DNA of 58,375 nucleotides, taken from an uncultured Alphaproteobacteria bacterium (lineage in GTDB: Bacteria; Pseudomonadota; Alphaproteobacteria; JAAXGF01). The DNA lies in the NCBI GenBank assembly GCA_964475385.1, contig CAYYWV010000002.1:1-58375 (forward strand). Reading direction: 5' to 3'. Position numbers and translations under genes: made by a program. Below are positions 50,707 through 58,375 of the stretch, one piece after another. Every line of letters begins with the position of its first letter. The stretch's first letter is position 1. The notes beneath the pieces were generated by a model, which was given only the letters and a program-made list of their open reading frames with translations, had not been told where the DNA came from and did no database searches.

Positions 50707-51626
50707 CGCGCGCGCCTCAGCGCGAGCGCCCGGGCGTAGACCGCGCGCCGGGCGATCCCGGTCTCGGCGGCGACCCGGCTCGCCGCCTCGCGCAGCGAGA
50801 GCCCTTCGGCGAAGGCCGCGGTCAGGGCCGCATCGACCGCCTCCGCGTCGGTCTCGGACGCGCCGTCCGCCGTGGGCGGACCGACGACGACCACCACCTC
50901 GCCGCGGGGCGCGCCGGACTCGCGATAGTGGCGGGCGAGCGCGTCGAGCGGGCCGCGGCGGACCTCTTCGTAGCGCTTGGTGAGCTCGCGGGCGACCGCG
51001 GCCGGCCGCGGGCCCAGAACGGCGGCCATGTCTTCGAGGCTGGCGGCGAGCCGCCGCGGCGATTCGAGGAGCACCAATGTCGCCGGCGTCGCGGCGATCT
51101 CGCGCAAGGCCCGCCGCCGGGCGGCGGCCTTCGCGGGCAGGAAGCCGGCGACGAGGAAACGGTCGGTGGGCAGGCCCGAGGCGACCAGCGCGGCGAGCGG
51201 CGCCGACGGTCCGGGCACGGGATAGACCGCGGAGCCCGCCGCGATCGCCGCCGCGACCAGCCGATAGCCGGGGTCCGAGATCAACGGCGTGCCGGCGTCC
51301 GCGACCAGCGCGATCCGCGCGCCCGCCGCGAGCCGGGCGACAAGCCGCGGACGCGCGGCGGCGGCGTTGTGGTCGTGATAGGGCGCGAGCCGGGCGCGGA
51401 TGCCGAAATGGGCGAGCAGCCGGCCGGTCACGCGGGTGTCCTCGCAGGCGACGAGGTCGACCCGGGCGAGCACGTCGCGGGCGCGCGCGCTCATGTCGCC
51501 GAGGTTGCCGATCGGGGTCGCGACCACATAGAGCCCGGGCGCGAGCGGCTCCGGGCTTTCCGCATCCGGGCGACGTTTACTTGACGGGGCGGCGTCGGTA
51601 GGCTGAGGCCGAGCTTCGTCATTCAC
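50703..51626 (-). CDS. rsmI: 16S rRNA (cytidine1402-2'-O)-methyltransferase RsmI
   Basis: ORF track 50703..51767. Sequence shows GLYVVATPIGNLGDMSARA and VACEDTRVTGRLL. I chose the GTG at 51626 because longer starts (51719, 51767) would overlap the divergent lpoA-like gene. The start is uncertain. Confidence 0.85.
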   Translation of the reverse strand: MNDEARPQPTDAAPSSKRRPDAESPEPLAPGLYVVATPIGNLGDMSARARDVLARVDLVACEDTRVTGRLLAHFGIRARLAPYHDHNAAAARPRLVARLAAGARIALVADAGTPLISDPGYRLVAAAIAAGSAVYPVPGPSAPLAALVASGLPTDRFLVAGFLPAKAAARRRALREIAATPATLVLLESPRRLAASLEDMAAVLGPRPAAVARELTKRYEEVRRGPLDALARHYRESGAPRGEVVVVVGPPTADGASETDAEAVDAALTAAFAEGLSLREAASRVAAETGIARRAVYARALALRRAR

Positions 51627-51640
51627 GACCGGCCGCGATC

Positions 51641-53107
51641 GTGCCTTCGCTTTTGTCCTCGCCTGCTTCGACTGCGCCTTCGGCTTCGCGCCGGCGCCTG
51701 CGTCGGCTGGTTGCGCCATGGGTTGCCGCGCTCGTTCTGGTGGGTGGTCTCGCCGCCTGCCAGCCACCGACAGTACTCCGTCCCGCAGCTCCGGTCCAAG
51801 TCTCGCCCCCGCAGGATCTGACTCCGCCCGCGCCGGCCCCGGCCGAAGCGCCGCCCGCGCCCGCCGAGACCGTCGCGCCGCCGACGGGGGCGGCGGCCGC
51901 GCCCGAGACCGCGCCTGCCGAGACCCCGCCCGCGGAGACCGCGCCCGCGCTGCCGCCGGGACCGGCGTCGGTCGCGCTTCTGCTGCCGCTTTCGGGGCCG
52001 GCCGCCAAGGTCGGAGAAGCCCTGTTCGAGGCCGCCGAGATGGCCTTGTTCGACGTCGGGGCGGAGACGATGGTGTTGCTGCCGTTCGACACCCGGGGCA
52101 CGCCCGAAGGCGCGGCCGAAGCGGCCCGGGCGGCGGTGCGCGACGGCGCGCGCCTGATCCTCGGGCCGCTGTTCTCGGCCTCGGCGGCGGCGGTCGCGCC
52201 GGTGGCGGCGGAGGCCGGGATCAACGTGGTCGCGTTTTCTTCCGATCGCAACGCGGCCCGGCCCGGCGTCTTCATCATGGGTTTTCTACCCGATCAGCAG
52301 GTGGCGCGGGTGGTCGGCTTCGCCGCCGGCCAGGGGATCGCGCGGATCGCCGCGCTGGCCTCGGCCGGGCCTTACGGGCGAACGGCGGTCGCCGCGCTGC
52401 GTAAGGCGGCTGGGTCGCTCGGGGTCACGATCACGGACATCGTTTACTTTCCCGAGACGGTGCGCACCGCATCCGAGGTCTCCGATATCCTGCGCGCGTT
52501 CACCCGCTATGACGCGCGCCGCGCCGCTCTTCTTGCGCAGAAACGCGCCCTCGCCCGTCGCGATGACGAGGTTTCGCGCGAGGCCCTGCGCCGGCTCGAG
52601 ACCTTGGACACCCTGGGCGAGGTCGGGTTCGATGCGGTGCTGATCCCCGACGGCGGGCTCGCGCTGACCACGGTCGCGCCGCTTCTGCCCTACTACGATG
52701 TCGATACGGGCAAGGTGCGCATTCTCGGAACAGCGGCGTGGGAATCGGCCGATCTTTTGAGCGAGCCCGCGCTCGTCGGGGCCTGGTTCGCCGCGCCCTC
52801 GCCCGCCGCGCGCAAGCCGTTTGAGGCGCGTTTCGCCAAGCTGTTCGGCCATGCTCCCTTGCGGATCGCATCGCTCGCCTACGATGCGGTCGCGCTCGCC
52901 GGTACGTTGGCGCGCCTGCCCGGCGGCCCCGACTTCAGTGTGGCGCGGCTGACCAGCCCGAGCGGGTTCCGAGGGATCGACGGGCTGTTTCGCTTCGCCC
53001 CCGACGGCGTCAGCGAGCGCGGCTATGCGGTGCTCGAGATCGCCGCCGACGGGATCGCGACCGTGAGCCCGGCGCCGCAGAGCTTCCGGGAAGCGATAGG
53101 ATTTTGA
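51641..53107 (+). CDS. penicillin-binding-protein-activator-like periplasmic lipoprotein (LpoA/LppC, Peripla_BP type)
   Basis: ORF 51641..53107 with a GTG start. It has an RRRLRR n-region and the lipobox GGLAAC. A Pro/Ala/Glu-rich linker follows, then a type-I periplasmic-binding fold (VALLLPLSGPAAKVGEAL). Confidence 0.75.
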   Translation: MPSLLSSPASTAPSASRRRLRRLVAPWVAALVLVGGLAACQPPTVLRPAAPVQVSPPQDLTPPAPAPAEAPPAPAETVAPPTGAAAAPETAPAETPPAETAPALPPGPASVALLLPLSGPAAKVGEALFEAAEMALFDVGAETMVLLPFDTRGTPEGAAEAARAAVRDGARLILGPLFSASAAAVAPVAAEAGINVVAFSSDRNAARPGVFIMGFLPDQQVARVVGFAAGQGIARIAALASAGPYGRTAVAALRKAAGSLGVTITDIVYFPETVRTASEVSDILRAFTRYDARRAALLAQKRALARRDDEVSREALRRLETLDTLGEVGFDAVLIPDGGLALTTVAPLLPYYDVDTGKVRILGTAAWESADLLSEPALVGAWFAAPSPAARKPFEARFAKLFGHAPLRIASLAYDAVALAGTLARLPGGPDFSVARLTSPSGFRGIDGLFRFAPDGVSERGYAVLEIAADGIATVSPAPQSFREAIGF

Positions 53108-53128
53108 ACGCGGCCGCGGGGGATGTCG

Positions 53129-54301
53129 TCAAGAGACGAGCGCGGCGAGCGCCGAATCGAGTAGTCTGCGCCCCGCGGGCGTCGTTCGGATCCCTCGGCC
53201 GTCGGCGATCATAAGTCCGCCTTCGACGAGTTCGGCGAGGCGCTCCGCATCGACCGCCCGGTCGAGAGGAACGCCGGTCTGGGCTTCGAAACGGGCGCGC
53301 GCGACGCCTTCGGCCAGCCGCAGGCCCATCATCAGAAGCTCGGCGGCGTGCTCGTCCACGCCGAGCGCACGGCGCTCGCAGGTTCCGTGGCCGGCCTGCG
53401 CCACTTGGGCGAGCCAGGTCTCGGGCGCGCGGCTCTGGCGGAAGGCGACTCGGCGGCCCTCCAGGGTCAGGCGGCCGTGCGCCCCGGGGCCGAGGCCGAC
53501 ATAATCCTCGCCCCGCCAGTAGGCGAGGTTGTGGCGCGATTCCTCGCCTTGGGCGGCGTGGTTCGAGACCTCGTAAGCCGGCAGCCCGGCGGCGGCGCAA
53601 AGCTCCTGGGTCAGATCGTAAAGCGCGGCCGCCGTCTCGTCTTCGGGCAGGCGAATCTCGCCGCGCGCGGCGCGGGCGTGGAACGCGGCGCCAGGCTCGA
53701 TGGTGAGCTGGTAGAGCGAGAGATGGCGCGTCCCGAAACCGAGCGCGCGGCCGAGCTCGGCGCGCCAGGCCGCCAGCGTCTGCCCGGGGCGGGCGTAGAT
53801 GAGGTCGAAGGAGACGCGCGCGAAAACCGCTTGCGCAGCCTCGAGCGCGGCCAGCGCCTCGGCGACGTCGTGGCCGCGGCCGAGAAAGCGCAACGCCCGG
53901 TCGTCGAGCGCCTGCACCCCGAGCGAAAGCCGGTTCACGCCGGCTTCGCGAAAAGCGCGGAAGCGGCCGGCTTCGGCCGAGGTCGGGTTGGCTTCGAGCG
54001 TGATCTCGGCATCGTCCGCGAACGGCCAGCGCGCGTTCACCCGCTCGATCACCGCGGCCGCCGTCTCGGGCGCCATCAGCGACGGGGTGCCGCCGCCGAA
54101 GAACAGCGAGCCCGCCCGGCGGCCAGGCGCAAGCGCCGCGAAATGGTCGATCTCGGCGAGGAGCGCGCGCCGCCAGGCGGCCTCGTCGATGGTCTCGCGC
54201 ACGTGGCTGTTGAAGTCGCAGTACGGGCACTTCGAAAGACAGAACGGCCAATGCACGTAGACCGCGAGCCGCGCCGCCGCCGCGCCCGCCGCCCCGGTCA
54301 T
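53129..54301 (-). CDS. hemW: radical SAM heme chaperone HemW
   Basis: ORF 53129..54301. It has the radical SAM motif [18 protein letters not shown]. Confidence 0.92.
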   Translation of the reverse strand: MTGAAGAAAARLAVYVHWPFCLSKCPYCDFNSHVRETIDEAAWRRALLAEIDHFAALAPGRRAGSLFFGGGTPSLMAPETAAAVIERVNARWPFADDAEITLEANPTSAEAGRFRAFREAGVNRLSLGVQALDDRALRFLGRGHDVAEALAALEAAQAVFARVSFDLIYARPGQTLAAWRAELGRALGFGTRHLSLYQLTIEPGAAFHARAARGEIRLPEDETAAALYDLTQELCAAAGLPAYEVSNHAAQGEESRHNLAYWRGEDYVGLGPGAHGRLTLEGRRVAFRQSRAPETWLAQVAQAGHGTCERRALGVDEHAAELLMMGLRLAEGVARARFEAQTGVPLDRAVDAERLAELVEGGLMIADGRGIRTTPAGRRLLDSALAALVS

Positions 54302-54918
54302 GGCCCGGGCGCGCCCTTCTCGAAGCAGGCGGCGATCAGCGCCGCGAAGGCCCGCGCCCGGTGGCTGATGCGGTGCTTCTCGGCCGGGTCCATCTCGGCG
54401 AAGGTGAGCGCATAGCCGTCGGGCGCGAACACCGGGTCATAGCCGAACCCGCGCGTTCCCCGCGGCGGGAAGACAAGCCGGCCGTGGACCGCGCCCTCGA
54501 AGGTCTCGCAATGGCCGTCGGGCCAGGCGAGCGCGAGCGCGCAGGCGAAATGCGCCCGCCGGTCGGTTTCCGCCGTCTCCGCAAGCGCCGCTTCGAGCCG
54601 GGCCATGGCGGCGGCGAAGTCGCGCGCCGGTCCCGCCCAGCGCGCCGAATGGATTCCCGGCGCGCCGCCGAGCGCCGGCACCACGAGCCCTGAGTCGTCG
54701 GCGAGCGCGGGAAGCCCCGCGGCCCGGGCGGCGGCGCGGGCCTTGATCTCGGCGTTCTCGCGAAAGCTCGCGCCCGTTTCCTCGGGCTCGGGAAGGCCGA
54801 GGGCGGCGGCGGATACGGCCTCGACCCCGAAGGGCGCGATCAGCGCCGCGATCTCGGCGCATTTGCCCGGGTTGTGGGTGGCGACGACCAACCGGTCGCC
54901 GGCGAAGCGCCGCGCCAC
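54298..54918 (-). CDS. rdgB: non-canonical purine NTP pyrophosphatase RdgB
   Basis: ORF track 54298..55563, trimmed to the GTG at 54918, just after the rph stop. Sequence shows [20 protein letters not shown] and RGFGYDPVF. Confidence 0.93.
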   Translation of the reverse strand: MARRFAGDRLVVATHNPGKCAEIAALIAPFGVEAVSAAALGLPEPEETGASFRENAEIKARAAARAAGLPALADDSGLVVPALGGAPGIHSARWAGPARDFAAAMARLEAALAETAETDRRAHFACALALAWPDGHCETFEGAVHGRLVFPPRGTRGFGYDPVFAPDGYALTFAEMDPAEKHRISHRARAFAALIAACFEKGAPGP

Positions 54919-54920
54919 GG

Positions 54921-55643
54921 CTATTCCCCGATGCCCAGCGCTTGGCGTTGAAGCGCGGCCAACCTCTCGATCGCGCGGACGGCGAGCCCGAACAGGGCGT
55001 CGAAGACCTCGCGACTGAACGGCGCCGTCTCGGCGGTGCACTGGATCTCGACCACCGCGCCCTTGGCCGTCAGCACGAAGTTGGCGTCGGCCTCGGCCGT
55101 CGAGTCCTCGGCGTAGTCGAGATCGCAGACCGGCGTTCCCTGGACGAGCCCGCAAGAGACGGCCGCCACTTGGTCGGTGAGCGGCACGGCCCCGAGGTCG
55201 CCCGCCTCGACCAGCCGCGCGAATGCCTGGTGGAGCGCGACCCAGGCCCCGGTGATCGCGGCCGTCCGGGTGCCGCCGTCGGCCTGGAGCACGTCGCAAT
55301 CGATTCGGATCTGGCGCTCGCCCATGGCTTCGAGATCGGTCACCGCGCGCAAGCTGCGGCCGATCAGGCGCTGGATCTCGAGGGTCCGGCCCGATTGCTT
55401 GCCGCGGGCGGCTTCGCGGTCGGTGCGGCTGTGGGTCGCGCGCGGCAGCATGCCGTACTCGGCGGTCACCCAGCCGCGGCCGCTGTCGCGGATGAAAAAG
55501 GGAACCCGCTCCTCGACCGTGGCCGTGCAGAGCACATGGGTGTCGCCGAAGCGGGCGAGGCACGAGCCCTCGGCGTACTTCGCCGCGCCGGGCTCGAGCG
55601 TGACGGGGCGCAGATCCTCGGGCGCGCGGCCGGACGGACGCAT
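54921..55643 (-). CDS. rph: ribonuclease PH
   Basis: ORF track 54921..55832, trimmed to ATG 55643. It starts [14 protein letters not shown] and shows [16 protein letters not shown] and [19 protein letters not shown]. Confidence 0.96.
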   Translation of the reverse strand: MRPSGRAPEDLRPVTLEPGAAKYAEGSCLARFGDTHVLCTATVEERVPFFIRDSGRGWVTAEYGMLPRATHSRTDREAARGKQSGRTLEIQRLIGRSLRAVTDLEAMGERQIRIDCDVLQADGGTRTAAITGAWVALHQAFARLVEAGDLGAVPLTDQVAAVSCGLVQGTPVCDLDYAEDSTAEADANFVLTAKGAVVEIQCTAETAPFSREVFDALFGLAVRAIERLAALQRQALGIGE

Positions 55644-55784
55644 GGCGGGCCTCTCTTTCCAGGGTTCTCCGGGTCGTTCTCGTCGCGCGGCGCGGGGGCG
55701 GCGCGCGGCGAAACTACCCCGCGCCGTGGGGCGCGTAAAGGCTCTCGCGCGCCGCGCTCGGCTTCGCCCGCCCGCCGGCCGGCG

Positions 55785-55813
55785 TTGACGCTCTCGGGCG
55801 CGAACACTACATT
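55785..55813 (+). promoter_or_regulatory. candidate sigma70-type promoter for hrcA-grpE
   Basis: TTGACG (55785-55790), a 17-nt spacer, then TACATT (55808-55813), 47 nt upstream of the hrcA ATG. This is a pattern match only. Confidence 0.3.
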
Positions 55814-55860
55814 CCCTTCGCCGCAGGCGCATCCATGCGGCTGAGGGCCGTTTTCACCCA

Positions 55861-56904
55861 ATGGTTACGATCAACGAACTCAACGAGCGCTCGCGGGAGA
55901 TCTTCCGCAAGATCGTCGAGGCTTACGTCGACACCGGCGAGCCCGTGGGCTCGCGCACGGTCTCGCGCCGGCTGGGCTCGACCCTGTCGCCGGCGACGAT
56001 TCGCAACGTGATGGCGGACCTCGAAGACGCCGGGCTTCTCTACGCCCCCCATACTTCGGCCGGCCGGCTGCCGACCGAGACCGGGCTCAAGCTGTTCGTC
56101 GACGGGCTTCTCGAGATCGGCAACATCACGCCCGAAGAGCGCCGGGCGATCGACGAACGCTGCGCGGTCAAGGGCCGCAGCTTCGAGGAGACCGTGACCG
56201 AGGCGACGGCGCTGCTTTCGGGGCTGTCGAGCTGCGCCGGGCTCGTGCTCGCGCCCAAGACCGAAGCGCCGATCAAGCATATCGAGTTCGTGCCGCTCGC
56301 GCCGGGACGCGCGCTCGTGGTGTTGGTGGCCGAGAGCGGCGCGGTCGAAAACCGGGTGATCGACATTCCTTCGGGCATGACGCCGGCCAACCTCGTCGAG
56401 GCCGCCAACTACCTCAACGCGCGGCTTGGCGGGCGCACGCTCGACGAGGTGCGCGCCCTCGTCCAGCGCGAGCTCGAGGAGCACACCGCGCAGATCGACG
56501 CGCTGACCGAGCGCGTGATCTCGGCCGGGCTCGCCCAGCGCGCCGGCGGCGACGAGGACGAGGGGATCTTGATCGTGCGCGGGCGCTCGAAGCTCCTCGA
56601 CGACGTCACCGCGCTCGGCGATCTCGAGCGGCTCCGCCATCTGTTCGACATGCTCGAGACCAAGAAGGATCTCATGCGGCTGCTCGAAATCACCCAGGGC
56701 GCCGAAGGGGTGAAGATCTTCATCGGGGCCGAGAACGAGCTGTTCGGCGTTTCGGGCTGCGCCATGATCCTCGCGCCGCTGTCCGGCGACGGCGTCACCT
56801 GCGTCGGCGCTATCGGGGTGATCGGCCCGACGCACATCAACTACGCCCGGATCATTCCCGTGGTGGACTACACGGCCAAGGTCGTGAGCCGCCTTCTGGG
56901 GTGA
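55861..56904 (+). CDS. hrcA: heat-inducible transcription repressor HrcA
   Basis: ORF 55861..56904. It starts LNERSREIFRKIVEAYVDTGEPVGSRT and shows SPATIRNVMADLE. Confidence 0.95.
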   Translation: MVTINELNERSREIFRKIVEAYVDTGEPVGSRTVSRRLGSTLSPATIRNVMADLEDAGLLYAPHTSAGRLPTETGLKLFVDGLLEIGNITPEERRAIDERCAVKGRSFEETVTEATALLSGLSSCAGLVLAPKTEAPIKHIEFVPLAPGRALVVLVAESGAVENRVIDIPSGMTPANLVEAANYLNARLGGRTLDEVRALVQRELEEHTAQIDALTERVISAGLAQRAGGDEDEGILIVRGRSKLLDDVTALGDLERLRHLFDMLETKKDLMRLLEITQGAEGVKIFIGAENELFGVSGCAMILAPLSGDGVTCVGAIGVIGPTHINYARIIPVVDYTAKVVSRLLG

Positions 56905-56951
56905 CCGGCGCGATCGCAACCGACCAACCGATACGGAGATCGGACCGAGCC

Positions 56952-57671
56952 ATGGCGACCGAGAAGAAGAGGACAGCGCCGAAGACCGAGGCGTCCAGCG
57001 AGACGCCCGCACAGACGCCCGCCGAGGCGGCGGCCGAAACCGCGGCCGAGACGGACTCGGCGATCCCGCCCGAGGAACCGTCGGCGGAAACCGCCGAAGC
57101 CAAGACCAGCGCGCCCGACGCGAAGGACGAAGCGGCGTCGTCGGCCGAGGTCCGAGCGGAAAGCGCCGCCGAGGCCGAGGTCGCGCGCGCCCAGGCCGAG
57201 ATCGCAAGCCTTAAGGATCAGCTCCTGAGGGCGCTGGCCGAGACCGAGAACACGCGGCGCCGCGCGGCCAAGGAGCGCGAGGAGGTCAGCAAGTACGCGA
57301 TCACCGGCTTCGCCCGCGACCTGTTGACGGTGGTCGACAACCTGCGCCGGGCGCTCGACGCCCTGCCCGAGGAAAGCCGCAAGGACAAGCGTCTCGCCGC
57401 CTTCGTCGAGGGCATCGAGATGACCGAGCGCGAGTTCCTTTCGATCCTGGAGCGCCACGGCATCCGCCGGATCGAGCCGCTCGGCGAGCGCTTCGATCAC
57501 CGCTATCATCAGGCGATGTACGAGGTCGAGAAGCCCGACAAGCCGGCGGGCACGGTGGTCGAGGTCATGCAGGCCGGCTATCTGATCGCCGACCGCCTCC
57601 TGCGCCCGGCGATGGTCGCGGTCGCCAAGGCTGTCGACAAGCCCAAGGAGCGCGTCGACACCGAGGCCTGA
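56952..57671 (+). CDS. grpE: nucleotide exchange factor GrpE
   Basis: ORF track 56901..57671, trimmed to ATG 56952. Sequence shows LKDQLLRALAETENTRRR, GFARDLLTVVDNL and FDHRYHQAM. Confidence 0.93.
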   Translation: MATEKKRTAPKTEASSETPAQTPAEAAAETAAETDSAIPPEEPSAETAEAKTSAPDAKDEAASSAEVRAESAAEAEVARAQAEIASLKDQLLRALAETENTRRRAAKEREEVSKYAITGFARDLLTVVDNLRRALDALPEESRKDKRLAAFVEGIEMTEREFLSILERHGIRRIEPLGERFDHRYHQAMYEVEKPDKPAGTVVEVMQAGYLIADRLLRPAMVAVAKAVDKPKERVDTEA

Positions 57672-57707
57672 AGCGGGCGCCGGGCCTCTTTAAAGTTGGC
57701 GGCCAGG

Positions 57708-57736
57708 GTTGCGGCGCATCATAGCCGTTCTTATAT
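57708..57736 (+). promoter_or_regulatory. candidate RpoH (sigma32)-type promoter for dnaK
   Basis: GTTG-N18-CTTATAT, compared with my recollection of the alphaproteobacterial RpoH consensus CTTG-N17/18-CYTATNT. It lies 121 nt upstream of the dnaK ATG. Confidence 0.35.
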
Positions 57737-57848
57737 AACCCGCTGTCAAGACGGCGCAGGTCGCACGCGCGACCCGGGCAAGGATTTTCAGACCAGGGGA
57801 CGCCGGCGGTGCCGTTCGTGGCCGCTCGCGTCTGCCGCAACAGGTTGA

Positions 57849-58375
<527 letters not shown>

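Noticed and set aside
55644-55860. CIRCE operator upstream of hrcA-grpE (the dnaK upstream 57672-57857 was also checked)
   Set aside because: I saw no TTAGCACTC-N9-GAGTGCTAA-like inverted repeat in either region.

Overview
58.4-kb segment, about 68% G+C by eye, with clear alphaproteobacterial core-gene synteny around the chromosomal replication origin.

Gene order, left to right:
- a porin fragment, then two TPR-sulfotransferase genes flanking a DUF3576 lipoprotein
- leuS-lptE-holA
- on the minus strand, parB-parA-rsmG-mnmG-mnmE
- a small redox-themed block: 2Fe-2S ferredoxin, a small conserved protein, YyaL, qor, marR
- rho-hemJ-hemH-hemE
- a 471-bp non-coding gap that I call oriC
- on the plus strand, DUF299/PpsR-like-maf-aroE-coaE-dnaQ
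- secB, fxsA, a Tim44-like gene, mltA, lutABC, smr, hslVU and a cNMP-binding protein
- a his operon: hisB-DUF2628-hisH-GNAT-hisA-hisF-hisI-hisE-HIT
- a TRAP transporter with a PEP-mutase/isocitrate-lyase-family enzyme, cyclophilin, DUF1127, comM/yifB and gshB
- a yra-like cluster: BON, yraN, rsmI, lpoA-like
- hemW-rdgB-rph and hrcA-grpE-dnaK

About 60 CDS are supported. I saw no rRNA, tRNA, CRISPR array, transposase, integrase, or recognisable defence or toxin-antitoxin module. I cannot honestly point to a novel multi-gene system here; this is an ordinary core region. Most long ORFs in the track that run antisense to, or out of frame with, the called genes are high-GC artefacts.

The observations most worth a second look are DNA-level signals:
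- the origin itself
- two perfect parS sites
- an unexplained AT-rich 9-mer, GTATATGCA, present five times (about 0.1 expected), embedded with rare codons where it falls in genes, and forming an inverted pair around marR
- a related 14-bp perfect palindrome
- a single perfect CtrA-type box in the rho leader
- an anomalous AT-rich patch inside mnmE

All motif scans were done by eye and are not exhaustive.
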